Source: Batkoa obscura
Lineage: Eukaryota
DNA length: 64,000 nt
Direction of reading: 5' to 3'
NCBI GenBank assembly: GCA_030770535.1
Contig: JASVEC010000024.1
Location: forward strand, 1 to 64,000
Under the pieces are notes generated by a model that did not search any database, was not told the origin of the DNA, and was given only the letters and a program-made list of their open reading frames with translations. Below are positions 37,359 through 51,710 of the stretch, in pieces. The stretch's first letter is position 1. Each line of letters begins with the position of its first letter. Position numbers and translations under genes: made by a program.

Positions 37359-37463
37359 AAATGGGAATGTATTTTTATGTTTAAGAGTTTTACTAACAAA
37401 TTTTCCGCTTAAATAGCGCTTAAAAAATGGAAAAAGTAATAAAGTCAAAAAACACTCCCAAAT
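37359..37463 (+). mobile_element. ~105-bp MITE family copy
   Basis: atgggaatgtattttt...ccgcttaaatagcgcttaaaa...acactccca. Confidence 0.9.
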
Positions 37464-37570
37464 AGTAAACAATTATTAGTTGATTAGCAACAATAATTTA
37501 TAATTTGGCAAACTTGAAAAATAAATTAACAAAGTTAAAAATACTGTAAGTTACTTTTTTATACTGTTCT

Positions 37571-37679
37571 ATAGTGATTATATTTTTCTGTTTAGTAATT
37601 TTACCAATAATTTTTCGCTTAAATAGCGCTTAAAAATAGAAAAAGGGATGAAATAAAAAACCCAAAAGCGTCCTGATAT
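37571..37679 (+). mobile_element. Degenerate MITE copy
   Basis: Core tttttcgcttaaatagcgcttaaaaatagaaaa with eroded TIRs. Confidence 0.75.
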
Positions 37680-37862
37680 AATTATAAACAAAAGGAAATT
37701 GATAATAGTGACACTATTAAAAAAACTGAATCTTAATAAAAACTCATTTTATTATAATTAAGCATTTGAAAAGTAGTAAGAAACTTTAAAACATACTAAT
37801 ATCTAATATTTCCAACTTTTTTTATATCATGATATAAAAATTTTAATTAAATTTTAAATACA

Positions 37863-37967
37863 ATATGGGGATGATTTTTGTGTTCAAGAATTTTACTAGC
37901 AATTTTTCCGCTCAAATAGCGCTTAAAAGATGAAAAAAGTAATGAAACCAAAAAAAACATCCCCATA
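37863..37967 (+). mobile_element. ~105-bp MITE family copy
   Basis: atatggggatg...ccgctcaaatagcgcttaaaa...acatccccatat. Confidence 0.92.
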
Positions 37968-38399
37968 TTATATACTATCTTTTATCAAAATTATCAATTT
38001 ATAACTACTTATAAGCTGGATTATAAAAACTATATAAAAAAAGTATAAAATTGTATTATTTTCAAATAAAATCATTAATAATTTGGAGTAAAAATATATT
38101 TTAATAAAATACTTTTTCATTACTGTATTTAATTTTTTTAATAATAGATTAAATATTTCATAAAGTATAACAGTTATAAATTAAGTATTTATTATTATTA
38201 TCTAATACAACTATAGGAATGTTTTTTATTTGCTATTTTTTTAAATTTAAAAATTAATTCAGCTATTTAAGTTTGAATGTAGATTGACAAATAGGAAATT
38301 TCAGAACTAATTATTTGTTTTATGATGCCTCAAATCGGCTTATTAATTTAACTTTTATTTTAAATGAACAATTGATTAGCATACATTCAAGATTGAACA

Positions 38400-38500
38400 A
38401 TATGGGGATGTTTTTTTGGTTTCATTACTTTTTTCATCTTTCAAGCACTATTTGAGCGGAAAAATTGCTAGTAAAATTCTTAAAAAATACATTCTCATAC
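38400..38500 (-). mobile_element. MITE copy inverted relative to 37863-37967; further eroded remnant at ~38550-38650
   Basis: atatggggatgtttttttggtttcattac...gagcggaaaaaattgctagtaaaattc...acattctcat. Confidence 0.88.
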
Positions 38501-40428
38501 ATTAATCAATTACTTTTAAATTTAAAAAATAGTAGGACAATTGATAGAAAACATCCCCATTTTATTTATAGATTTATTTTTTAAGGTTTCAAACATTATT
38601 AAGTGGAAAATTGCTTATAGAATTATCAAATGAAAAAAACATCTTTATATTTTTTTAAGAAACCAGTTAAAACCTTTTTATACTTTAATCTACTAAAGAA
38701 ATAGTTAAATAACAAAAAGAAAAAAGTTCCATTTTTATTTAATTTGATAGTCAAGATTCGACTCTAAAGTATTTAGTTAGGGGTAAGGAGAGATTAAATA
38801 ACTAAAGGGTCAGTAGCTAACGTGATATTTCAAATAAAACAAAGTTTTATTTTGGTTTTTTATTACTTTAAATTTATTATACAAAATTGCCCAAAGCTAA
38901 GTAATTTGATGATATGAAAATATTAATTCATTCTCTTTTTTTCAGCCTTCTAATTTTTAAAAAAGGTGTAATAAGGTACTTGGGGGGTTTTAGTACTTTT
39001 AAATTTTAAAAAAATTAATTTAAATTTACTCCTTAGAAGAATTAATATCGTGTTGTTTAATATTAAACGATTTTAGCAGCTTTAGATATAAAAAGTAGTA
39101 TACAAAAGTGTCATGTTAGTACAGCTTTTTAAAAATGTTTAAGATTTCATGTTTAGTGTTGAGTAAAATAATTTTAAATAGGGATCAACAATAAAAATTA
39201 AAAAAGAATAAGTTTATTCATGATTTCAACTCCCAATGCAATTTTAATTAATTTTTGTTGAGATTTTTTTTAGTTATTGCCACTTCAAACCAAGGTCTTA
39301 ATTTAGTTGCAATGACGTAGTTTTATATTGAAATTAAAATGAAGCTTTAAAATCCTTAATCCTTAATTAACATTATTGATTTTTGTTTGAAATACTACCG
39401 TGACAAAATAAACTTTTAATAATACATTAATTGTATTTTTAATATAATATTTAATAAACTTTCATCAACCTTTATTAATAAATCAAATACTTATGTTAAT
39501 ACTAATTAAAAGTAAATTTTAAGTTTTAAACTAATTTAAGTTAAAAGTCGTTTTTAAAGCAATACTTATTTTACTTAGCCAATGATACTCTTAGTTGTTT
39601 AGGTTTTATGGTAAAAAACAGGTATGAGCTCAGAATAATTGCTCTTTAATAAGGTGTTTGTAATGGTAAAATATATCTAAAATGTTTCATGGGAGGAAAA
39701 TAAGTTATGTTTAAAAAGACGCTTAATGTGCATATTTTACGATACAACCATTTTTTATCTGTTGAGTTGAGTTTGAATAAATTAGAATATTATATTCTAG
39801 TTTAGATTTTAATTAATTTTAACTGTAAAAACGGATTTTATAAAGATTTAGCATAATAAACAATAGAAAATCCTGGAGTAAAAATAAGAAGGTAAAAATC
39901 AGTTTGAACATCCTTTTAACAAAATGTAAGTTGCAAACTAATCAGCATAAGATTAAATACTTTCCCCAGAATTTACTTCATAAAAGTAGCTTTTTTACAA
40001 TCATACTAAATCGTTCATGTTTAATGTTACTGGCCCATTCAAATTTAAGGAGCAAATCATGCAAATGATATTCTTTTAAACTCCCAATAATAATGGATAT
40101 AAAGTAACTAAAATTACAGGGATCCTAAAAAAAGGTAAATAAGATCTTAAAAACTATCTCCATTTCTTTTAGTTTAATTTGTTATGATTTAAAACTTTTG
40201 ATAATTTATTTATTTATACTTATATTAACATTAACTTATCGCACGATTTTAAATTATTCTACTTGTCTTCAAATTTTACGATAAGGTACTAAAATTTGCA
40301 TTAAATCAGAGTGAGTATTAATATCATACAATCTATAAGCTGTATGCCTTAAGCTTTATCATATATGCTAATAGCTATAATCCACTTATTTACTATTTCT
40401 AATATTATTTATATAGTTATAGCAAAAG

Positions 40429-41540
40429 ATGAAAAATAGTAATGAAAAGGAAGAAATTGACGAACAGAAGAGGGGTTCAACAAATCAAAGTCAAACTTAC
40501 GAATACAATAATACTTATGACCCTCAGTATAATCCATTACCGTTGCCTTCATTATCAAAAAATCAAATTAATTATTCAACATTAAAAGATTTTATTGATC
40601 AAAAGGACTTAAAATTAAACGAAAACACCCTCAAGCGGATTAAAGTGGCCCAAGATGGTAGAATTGTATTAGCAAGGAAGGGCAACCCACACGTTTCTAG
40701 TGCTTGTCTTAACTGTAGAAAATCTCATTTAGCATGCGACTGTAATTCATTTGATATAATTAACCTAAGTTTAACTTTTTATTAGTGAATAGGCCATGTA
40801 ATAGATGTATAACATCAAATAAACAAGATAGTTGTTTTGATACCTTACATAAAAAACGAGGAAGGCCAAGGCGTAGAGAAGCTACACCAGTAAAATCAAA
40901 ACGTTCAACACTAAGTCTGGCAGTTGAGGAGGCTGCTATGACTTCTGTATATCCAAATATGATCACTCCATTTGAGCTTAATGATTATCATGATGATTAC
41001 GTTAAAAGGTATAATAATTTTTATTATGACCATCATAATAGCCATCCTTATTTAACTGCTAGGCCTATATTGCCGAAGTATAACAATCATTCAGTATTTT
41101 CCAACCCGTTCGACAAAATGAAACCAGGTCTTATTGACCCAACGCACGAGAATGAAGAGCTAACGTTAATATTGAATAATGAAAATATATGTATAAATGT
41201 AGAAGGAACCACTTTATTTTGCGGATTTGGCTCATCCCAATTACTTGGAGCTAATATTATGGATAGGATACACCCCAATGATAGGAATAAACTCAGGACT
41301 AAAATGAGTCAAATTACAAGTAGACAAAATATATTATCAGAGATGGACCCTAAAACTATTATCTCAGATGATACATATCCAGAGGTTGATCTCCACTTTT
41401 TAGGGTCAACAAACGAATATCATTTAGTAACAGCAAGATTAAGCCATTGTAATGGAAGTACATGCTTAAACATTAAGAAGTTCGACTTGGACATTTTATT
41501 ACGTAAAAGCCATAAAGGCAGCCCAACTCTCTTCTTATAA
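40429..41540 (+). CDS. Zn(II)2Cys6 transcription factor with AT-hook-like motif and C-terminal PAS-like region (intron ~40742-40785)
   Basis: SACLNCRKSHLACD|NRPCNRCITSNKQDSC, KKRGRPRRR, then GFGSSQLLGANIMDRIHPND (PAS core). Resembles the Rds2/Ert1/AcuM-type architecture. Confidence 0.85.
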
Positions 41541-42445
41541 TTGTAAATCCAATAAAATTTTAAAGCCTTTTAAATTTTGTATGCTATTAGTTGTAGTAAA
41601 GTTTAGTTTAGTCATTGTAGCATTTAAACTTTTAGTTATTCATATCAAAGTTGTATATTTTAGAAAAACCCCGTTTTTCAAGAACAGTATTTTATACTTT
41701 AGAAAATAAGTTTCCGCTTTAGGAATTATCACTAAGGATTTAATTTAGCTTTGTCAAGAGTTTATGAATTGAGTTTTAAGTTGTAAAAATTCAAAAAAAT
41801 TATTTTGTAACACTTCTAAGCTATCATTATAGCTACTTGTATATTATTGGCTTTTTGGTATTAAACATTGAGTAATGCTTAGATCATTATGATTCAAGTT
41901 TTTATGGTTATATATTTGAAGGATGGGAAAAAACCGACTGTAAAAAATCCTTGTTATTCTTTTAGTTGCTTAAATATTTAAGTGAGCTCTTCTTAATCAG
42001 TGATCATTTAAGTGGCGTTAAACTGACAAGCCTTTGGAATTTTTTCAGTTTAAAAAAGCAAATATGAAATACAAACACAAATGGTATTCAATTTATTTTA
42101 ATACAAAAATGTACCTTTATCTAATTTTACAAAACCCTGAAAAGCATTGATCGTTCCAATAATTATATAAAATACAAGAGGATGAACTAAAACAAGATTT
42201 AAAGGAGTATGACTTAATTCAAGTTTAAAATCTGGAAAATAATCGTTTAAATGTAGGTAACTTTTTTGACTATATAAATTTCATTAATAAACAAAAGCTT
42301 GTATGTTTTGGACTTTAAATTTTCAATATATTATTACATTTTAGAGTCTTTATTAATTATTTTTGAGATTGGTTATTATAGTATCTAGATTATAAATACA
42401 AATATTCAATCTAAAGTTAAAACAATATTGTTTATATAGATACCA

Positions 42446-42547
42446 TTTGGGGATTTATTTTTTTGTTCAAGGATTTGCTAACAATGTTTACTCAAATAGT
42501 GCTTAAAAGGTGGAAAAAATAATGAAACCAAAAAAACCATCCCCATT
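42446..42547 (+). mobile_element. ~105-bp MITE family copy
   Basis: ttggggatttattttt...ctcaaatagtgcttaaaa...ccatccccat. Confidence 0.85.
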
Positions 42548-43117
42548 TATTATTAGGTTACTAGAAGTCAATTATCTAGGTCATCTACTATGTAAGTGAA
42601 GTTTCGAAGCATTACACTGTTTAGTTTAAAATAATAAAGATTTAAGTATTTCATTATATATCTTTAATGCTAAACCATGTCTTTTTTGTAGTACTATTAA
42701 ATTGACACTATCAATTGATACTCATAAATAACTTTTGTTTTCTTAACATGATGAAAATTTCAATCAAATCTTCATTTAATTTCATAAAACTAAGGTCATC
42801 GATAGTATACTATTGTGTGAAAATGAATTAAAGGTAATAAAATAAGCAAATAAATATTAAACAAATATATTACTATCAAAATAGCTTTATTGAAGTAGAG
42901 AAAATATATCACCTAATTAAGTTAAATATATAATACTAAGCATATTTAAAAACTAGATTTATATTTAGTAAATTATTATTATTTAATAGCTGAGCAAAAT
43001 ATTACCTAATACTATCACTTTATTACTGCAATAACTTAGTTGAAAGCTTGTTTATAAAATTAAACTACAACTTAAATAAGTAAAAACAAGATAACTATTT
43101 CTCTATTATATTTCAAT

Positions 43118-44300
43118 ATGACATTAGCTTTGAATTTTTATCCGGGATCCTCTTAGAACTAATTTCCGAATTATTAGATTGAAAGGAATTGTTTGATTTA
43201 TTTTTTCTAAGTATTTGTCCAAGGTAGTCGGTAGGGTCATTAAATGTAACTTGGTATACTCAACTTGTAATAAAAATAAATCTGATGAGGTTAGAAAGCA
43301 TCAAAAAAGATTTATTGAAGAAGACATATTATCCATGAAACATATAAATGTGGATAATTTATGTATTAAATGTTTAAGTGATTTCGCAGACTTGGTATCT
43401 TATTATTATGTCAGTGTAGATCTTATACTATGAATAGTATCAACATGGAATTTAAACTGCCGAGATCAAAAAGGATAGGATTACTTGCTCTAGATGATTA
43501 TATTAACACAACATCTTTTGAACATTCTTTAAATCAACTTGAAGTAGTCGAAGTTAAAGGGACTAATATGAGTATTGAACATACTATTGAATATTTAAAC
43601 CCAAATAAGTTAAACTCGCTTGGTATAGTTTCTAGTAACTTTTTACGTTTGAGTGGATTAGAAGCAACTAAAGTAAAATATAGTAAGTTGGGACCATTAG
43701 ATTTAATAGCTACATGTTCTTATTCTAATGCGGAAAATGTTACTAATATGAATTTCTTTTCTAATATAAAATTAGGTATAGAAGGAAAGCTTGGTTTTGA
43801 TATTAAATGATTTGATGATTTAAAATGTTAAAGAGTATAAAGTTAGCGGATGCATCGAATGACTTTTTAAAATTTGATATCGAATATAATAACATGGAAT
43901 TAATTGATAATAATATTGAAGAATTGGGCTATTTTGATTTGAATTGCTCGTTCAATCATGATTTTTTAAAGCTATTGGCTTAAAAGTTTATTTTGTTGCA
44001 TTATTTAAAAAGTATTAAATTCAATTTCTTTGCTAGCAAATATTAATACTACTCTAATCTGATGATTCGAACTTCAACAAAGTATTTAATAAGTTTAATC
44101 TAACCAATAGTGAGAAATACTTTGATCAAGTGTAATTCCATAAAAGAAATTACGCTAATTATTTTAATCTTATCTTTAAAGAGCTTTTTCATATGTCATC
44201 CTTTTTTGCGAATATTGAAGTATTGAGAGTTGAAGAGTCTACACTTAAAGAGGGCGGAAGCTCAGAATGGCTTATCAGCTTAATTACCCCCTAGTGCTTA
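43118..44300 (+). pseudogene. Disrupted F-box/LRR(RNI)-like gene
   Basis: Fragments in shifting frames with stops: LD*KELFDLFFLS (F-box-like), YLNPNKLNSLGI, FFSNIKL, FANIEVLRVE (LRR-like). No intron signals repair the frame. Confidence 0.55.
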
Positions 44301-44522
44301 TTTTGACTTTTAAATCAGGCATAGACCCAGCATTGACTAGTATATTGGGAGGAATTCCAAACTTAATTTGGATAAAATGTAGTTATCCTCATTAGTAAAC
44401 TTGCTTTATTAATATGTTGGATTTTCACAATTAAGATACTTCCTTTTTTAATTTTTTAAAACTATTTAATTAATATAAGTTTCTTATTGCTAAAATTACA
44501 AATATTTGAAATAATAGACTAT

Positions 44523-44622
44523 TATAGGGGAGTATTTTTTTGGTTTCATCACTTTTCTATTTTTAAGTGCTATTTGAGCGGAAAGATTGTTAGTAAAATC
44601 CTTAAAAAATACATCCCCATAT
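44523..44622 (-). mobile_element. ~105-bp MITE family copy
   Basis: tataggggagtattttttt...aagtgctatttgagcggaaa...tacatccccatat. Confidence 0.9.
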
Positions 44623-44967
44623 GTAATTTTAATAAAAGATTCACACCTTTGAGTTTGATAGTTATATAAATTTCAGAAAATTTCTTTTATTAATTATCAT
44701 ATTATATTATCTCATATATGTATAAAAAAGGCCAAATGCTATAAGCTATCTTATATTATCTAACCCCTCAATGATTGAATACCTTTTAGATTATACTATT
44801 TGAAACAAAATACAAAAACAGTGATAGTATGCTTTTTATCCATTGTTCTATCTTAAAATGATACTTTATGAAAATTATTATACTATAAAAGAATTTAATT
44901 CTTATAGAGGACTAAAAGCTTATTTAATTCAAACAACGAGATGTTTCACAGATGAAATAAATTTATT

Positions 44968-45327
44968 TCACAGATAAATTCCCTCTTTAGTAGATGCTTC
45001 GTTTGAATTACTTTCTTCCACTCTTTTGGTCTCCGGTTCCTTTTCTTCAACTTTAGGTTTGATACTAAATGTAACTCCTGATTTACTGGCAATCATTTCT
45101 TCCATTATTTCTTTTCGTAGATACAACCTTTTAATCACTTCTTCATTCTCGACATATGTTTCCTTATAAATCTGTCTATCTTCTTCGTCAACTTCCAAGT
45201 TTTCACTAAATGTTTTTAGTTCTTGATTTGAATAGATTAAATGCTGAATTTTCTGTTGAACTCTTTCCAATTCATCCACCAGCTCGGCTACTCCAATGCT
45301 CTTCAATCTTTCTTTAAATTCTTCCAT
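44968..45327 (-). CDS. TMA17: Tma17/Adc17-like proteasome assembly chaperone
   Basis: EEFKERLK...EL..ELER....IQHL..SNQEL...D..IYKE...ENEEVI...R and C-terminal GIYL match the pattern of yeast Tma17 (from recall). Confidence 0.75.
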   Translation of the reverse strand: MEEFKERLKSIGVAELVDELERVQQKIQHLIYSNQELKTFSENLEVDEEDRQIYKETYVENEEVIKRLYLRKEIMEEMIASKSGVTFSIKPKVEEKEPETKRVEESNSNEASTKEGIYL

Positions 45328-45443
45328 GTTAAAAGCAAACTTTCATTTGTCATTAGTTTTTAACATATACCAAATCATTTTATTGGCTGCAGCTGTATAA
45401 ATTCAGTTTTGGTTTGGCATTTAATTTTTTTAAGAGTTTAGTC

Positions 45444-46753
45444 ATGGAAAACAGTGAAGACGTAGGCTCCTTGTCACTTTCCGATTTAAAAGGAAAAGGC
45501 TCAAAGCAAGATAAAACTTTAAAGAAATTGGAAGCTTCTTTAAAAGAAGGTGATTTTTATCAAGCACACCAAATTTATCGTTCCGTCTGTAATAGGTAAA
45601 TGAATAAGTAAATAAGATTAAAGATTTTAATCGAGCTTAGATTTTATAATAATGGTAACTATGGAAAAGCAATAGAGATGCTTTACAAAGGAGCTTTGAC
45701 ACTTTTAAAATTTGAGCAGTATTCTTCAGCTTCTGATCTTGGTATCTATCTTATTAAGGCTTATGAATCTTCAAAGACTCCTATTAATGAGCAATCAATT
45801 CGTAAATATTTGTATATCAAAAGAAATTATAATATAACAATTATATAGAAAGACTGAAAGAAATTATTGACGGATTTCCATCAACAGAGAAGGCTCGTTC
45901 ATTTTTAATTACCGAAGCGTTATAGTAAACACTTAATTTAATAATTTATTTATATTTATTATTTATTCAAAGTTGGAATATAAAATCTGGTTCATTTAAA
46001 TCTGGGGAACCAATATTTCATGATCTTTTAGGTGATTTGTATAATAAAGGTAATTTTCTAGTTTCTGGTTTTATAAAGTAGCTGTTTATCGATTTAGATG
46101 GTGAGTTTGAACAAGCTGAACCGCATTACATCTTCGGCTCTGAAGCAACTGGCGACAACTTTGGCGAGTTCTTGTATCGATGGGCCCTTTCAGTTACCCC
46201 TCTCAGTTTTGGTTATTTCTTAGCAAGGGGTGTATTAAGGTATAAATAACACTATCATGATGTACTTTCAGATAATTAATTTGTGTAGTAAATTAGTGAT
46301 TGGAAATGCAACATCAGCTATACTCGCCTTAAATAAATTCATAAGTTTGCTTTTTGAAAACCAAAAAGAAGTGTTAGTAGATTCAGAAGCACATAAAGCT
46401 TCTTTTGTTGAAACTAAATTGCCACTTGTTAACTTTATACAATTACTTTGTACCATCATAACTAAAGATGGTTCAAGAGATCTTTTTGTTAAATTACGTA
46501 ACCAGTATTCAGAGCATCTGGTTTCCGATGAGTTCAATTTTACAGAGGTAACTTTAATTTGTAGAATTTAAGCTCAATTTACTTATTTATGTAGTATATG
46601 AATAAGATTGGAGAGATCTATTTTGGTATACGTATACATCGACCAGTTAATATTATGCAAAGTTTAATGGAAAGTATGTTCCAGCAACCAAGCTCTAACC
46701 CCAATGCGCTTTCTATTAATTCTTTCTCTCATGATGAAACGGATCTTGATTAA
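45444..46753 (+). CDS. GET4: GET pathway protein Get4 (~7 exons)
   Basis: LKEGDFYQAHQIYRSVCNR, SASDLGIYLI, GEPIFHDLLG, AEPHYIFG, PLVNFIQLL, LFVKLRNQY, KIGEIYFGI. Confidence 0.92.
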
Positions 46754-46965
46754 AACCATTTTTTAAGTTAAAAATGTATTAAAATAAAAGCAAGTTATAT
46801 GTGATTTATATCAATAAACTTAAAGACTATAATTTATATTTTTTTATTAAAAAGAAACACAACCAATCTAAAAATAGAAGACGTATTAAAAATGTTGGAT
46901 TATCTTAATGATGTTTAAATTTATCATTATGCTACAATTAAATCAATTCGATTATTTGATTGTAT

Positions 46966-48717
46966 TTAAGATTCTGTAGGATTCTCAGCTACTTTTTCAG
47001 TTTCGGAATGGTTTTGAAGAGGAATGTTTTCAAAAGCTAAGGTACATATAAACCCAATAACACAGAAAGGTATCATAGAAAGGAAAAGTGTACGATAGGC
47101 TTGGAGGTAAGAGTATATTACTTGTTCTCGAACTCCTGAAGATAAAGAATCCAAGTTATTAAGCTTATTTAAAAGGTTGGTAATCTAAAAAATTATTAAG
47201 TATAAATTATAACATCAAAGTATTAAAATTACATTTTCTCCAGGAAGGTTATCAGTTAAAGAAGTGAACAAAACATTATTATAAATGGACCCAACAATAG
47301 CTAATCCAAAAACACCACCAAGGGTTTGTGCAAAAGAAATAAAAGATGTGATCATTGCAGCATCTGAGGCGGCAACTGCTAGCTGACTACAAGTCATAGA
47401 CAATTGGATATTAAACCCAATACCACCACCAATCAAAAGTGGGTAAATAACAAGTTCAGCACGCGTAATATCTAATCTTAATAAAGCCATTAAAGAAACT
47501 CCAACTAAAATCATAGCAGAGCCAAAGCGCATGATTGGTCTATAAGAACGGAACCTACGTGCAAGTAAACCTGAAGCCACAGAAAAACTACAGACGCCTA
47601 GTAAAGCAGGTAATAATTCCAAACCGGCTTCAAAAGCGGTTTTATTCTGAACTGTTTGGTGATATAATGGCCAATAATAAATGGTTGAAAAAAATGGGAT
47701 GCAATACATAAAAGCATTAACACTTGCAAGTATAGCATTACGCGTGAACAATCTTCCAGGAATCACTGGTTCTTTAGCGTAATATTTTTCAACTAAAATA
47801 AATGCCATCAATAACGCGGCTCCAACAACAATACATGAAATGACTTGTGCTGAGGACCAAGGATAGGTACGTCCCCCCCAATTTAAACCTAAGGTGAGCG
47901 TTATGGTCCCAGAAACTAATATTATAGTTCCTAAAAAATCAACTCGAGCAACCAAATCATTCAATTTGGAACCATCACCGCGCAACTTTGGCAATAAAAA
48001 CACGATTACAATAGCAGCAACTACCACAATTGGAATATTAATATAAAACACCCATCTCCAATTTACATAATCTGTTAACACACCACCTAATAATGGTCCA
48101 GCTACATTTGCTAATGCGAATGTGGCACTGATTATGCCTTGATAAACACCACGTTGTACCATAGGAACAACATCTATTTAAATTATTAGCAAGTGTTAAA
48201 AATATGATAAAAATTAATTACCCGAAATAATAATAAAAGAAAGGGATATTAAACCTCCGGATCCAATACCAGCAAATGCACGAAATATAATCAAAACGAT
48301 GATTGAAGGGGCTAATCCACACCCAATACTACCAATTAAAAATAATGTAAGGGCAAACAATAAAGTAATTTTACGTCCAAAGATATCTGAAAATTTACCA
48401 TAGAGAGGCTGAAAGGCAGTCATGGTTAATAGATAAGAAGCCGCTATCCACGTCACCTCACCACTTGAACCAAAATCGTCTACAATCGCTCCTAAAGCGG
48501 TGGCAACAATAGTTTCATCAGTTGAAGCTAAAAAAATTGATAACATCAGAGCTATCATGATAAACAATAATTTTACGCCCGACTGATGGCCATCTGAAGC
48601 CTTTTCGTCAATATTTTCTTCTGTACTGACAACACTTTTCTTTTTACTAAATACCAAGTCATCAAGTTGAGTTGAGGAAGAATTGACTACTGGTGAAAAA
48701 ATCTCTTGTTCTGGCAT
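46966..48717 (-). CDS. MFS drug:H+ antiporter, DHA2/14-TMS type (3 exons)
   Basis: FLASTDETIVATAL, WIAASYLLTMTAFQPLYGKFSDIFGRK, RGVYQG, GPLLGG, WRWVFYINIP. Confidence 0.93.
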
Positions 48718-51710
48718 CTTGTATTAGATTAATTGTTCTATATTATGCTATTTATATAAATGAAGTTGTAAAAATACACGATAAACTATCTCATAAATTT
48801 TACTAATATGAAAAGAAAAAGTACGGCTGATTTTATTTGAATTTATGTCAAATAGTGTTATTAATTTATTATTTGCAGGTAGTAACTTGAATGGAGCTAG
48901 CCAATCATTGGGATCGAAAGTTATCATTATTTGCTTAGATTAAAATAGTAAATAACCAAATCGATAAAATAGGTGGTAATTCGCATTTAAAAATCAAAAA
49001 TCAGTTTACGCCAAGTGAATTAAGTTGCATTAATATAAGCTTGGTTTATTAAGATGGAGTAGGTGGGGTTCAAATCAGTATAAAATTTATACTGTAGTTC
49101 GCTAAAGAAGCTTCGCGTTTTAAATTATTTTAGGAATAGAATAGAGGCAAAGAAAATTTTACTTCAGCTATGTGTTTTGGGGTTGTGAGTTAACTGATAA
49201 ATGGAATAAATCGATGTAGATTTACTAAAAGTGGTAAAGAAGGTTATTAAGTAATGAGTTTATGAATGAAATGGACGATTTTTTAAGTCCGATTTTTTGT
49301 TCTTCAAGCATTTGTGCAATGAAAAATTATTGCCCAGCTAAAAATATTCGATATTTCTCTAGACGAAAGTAAACCATTTGTATTTGGTATGAAAAGCTGT
49401 TTAAAAACAGTGACTCAGATATGATATATGACATACAATCATCTTATGTTTTTTATAATCTTATGTTTTATATAGACAGTTCATGTGCTATATATATTTC
49501 AAAGCTCGTTTTTGAACTCTACAAAATAAAGTCAAACTATCAATAATAAAATCACAAAATAAAAATAGTTAATAGTTAATTAAAAGAGTTAAATGACAAG
49601 CAGCTTTTTACTAGGTATATTACCAAACAATTCATCTAGACATCTGATTAATACTATATTAAAAGCTAATAGATTATTAAGCAGTGAATTTATCCAATAA
49701 CCTGTAATAAGATAGATGCAGTAAGGGTGACTGATTTTCGATATTAAAGCTAAAACATCTAATATGTTAAATTCAAATATGCTATAATCATTTATTTATA
49801 CATCGAGTGGCTGTGTAAATGAAGGCGTAAATTCTAGTTTAAAAATAGTATTCTAATAATAGGTAGATGTTCGCTAAATACTTGCAAGAAAAACCCAATT
49901 GAAACTTAGATATGTTTTCCCAGCTGAAAACTTTATACTGTGGAATTTGTTTATTAATTTGGAAATAGTTTAATATCTTTTTTGGAATTGAGGACTTGAA
50001 GGTGTGTGTTGAATACTGGAGTAGATAAAGACTAAAAAAATGAGTCTTAAATATGAGCTACTTATATTTAATTTGAGTATAAGTTATCTATCAGAAAATA
50101 GAAAGCAACAAAATACAAATGTTTGTTTCTCGCACCAACGTCTGCTTAATATGTTTAGGTAAAATCCCAAAGTGATAGTTTATGACAAACCTATTACTGA
50201 ATCCACTTTTTTATAAAATAATAAAATATTGAATTCTCAAGGTGGCAAAGAATTTAATTTTCAAAAATCACCCTAATATTGCCAAATATAGTCGATTCGT
50301 TTTATAAACTTTGGCATTAAAATCTATAATTATTTAAACAGAATAAATGTGACAATAACTATTTTTATTTTATATTTTATATTTTATATTTTATATTTTT
50401 ATTTAAAAGCTTATCAAATAAATAGATGTATATATGAGATATATACCGAGGGCTCGCTCAAAATTTATAAAATCACCTTTGTTGCTTCTGTCAATTGAGT
50501 TATTCGGTTGCTTTAAGTAAATTCATATATAAGATATACCAGATTACAAACTACTACGTTTTTTATAGTATACATGATAGATAGTTCAAACAACCTGTAG
50601 TAGATATGATATTGTCAAATCGATTAAGTTTGATTATAACTTCAAAAGTAAAACGCTGTTTTGATAAAATTGAGCAATTTCTCATCATTTATTATCTCTT
50701 CTTATTACTACTTTGAACTTAACAAGAATGACTCAAAGCTCTACCTAAATAGTATAAGTCCCTTTAATTAAGGTTTAAACTAGTAACAGCTGTCAGAAAG
50801 GGACCAATTCTTAAAGAAACTAGTATTTATATATCACTTGTAGTAGAAACAAGTGAAGCCAGTTGAGGTAAACTTGCTATCTGTAATAAAATAAATTGCT
50901 ATAAATTGTTTATAAACCTTGTGCCCAAGCTGATGATTATTAACCCAGCAATAGAAAAAAGTAAAGGAAAGAACACTTAAGGAGCTACTTTAATCAAGAA
51001 AACTTGTATAATCATTTTTCCATAAGCTTAGATGAATTTCTCAATATCAAACTTATGATAAATGATTGATGAAATCACTCATTTAAAATCCAACAAACTT
51101 TATTTAAATTTTTACTCATTAATGACCATCATTTTTATTTAAGAAGGTTTACTTATACAATAAAAGTAACATGATAACAAAATTTATATCTGACAAAACA
51201 GCGATATTTCGCTATAGATAATTTAAAGCTTTCGTTTCACTATCTATTATATATAATTGTATATACTTTTTTGCTAATATTTCGCATATCTATTTTTTTA
51301 ATATAACTGAAGATCCTTCTGTCTATTACTCTGAATTCACTACAAAGTCAAGTTTAAAAAAGCAAAAAACTCATAACAAGGTTGATTGATTTATGAGCCC
51401 CAAATTAAGTAAATTCGAGGGCAATTTAATTAAAATTTCAAGAATAAAAAATTCGAATAGAATGAAATTAATAAAGTATGATTTAACTTAAAGGATTGCT
51501 TATGTTAATATTCCATCTTGTAAAATTTATATAAATGTAATGTATTTGATTTTTCTCTCCTTTGTTTTTGATAGTTGGTAAATTATCTAAAGAAATAAGG
51601 TAACTGATTGAATTTATCATTGACAAGGAGGATAAAAATAGTTTTATAAATTTAACAAGAACTATATTTTATAATTAAATATAAATGAAACTAACCTTTT
51701 ACCAGTATAA

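Noticed and set aside
42096..42280. ~60-codon open stretch on the minus strand
   Set aside because: No start codon or convincing splice partner, and no recognisable motif.
44487..44669. 60-aa ORF (also 991-1173)
   Set aside because: Chance translation through MITE copies.
50360..50404. (TTTTATA)n and similar microsatellites (25800-25840, 58613-58640)
   Set aside because: Ordinary slippage repeats in AT-rich DNA.
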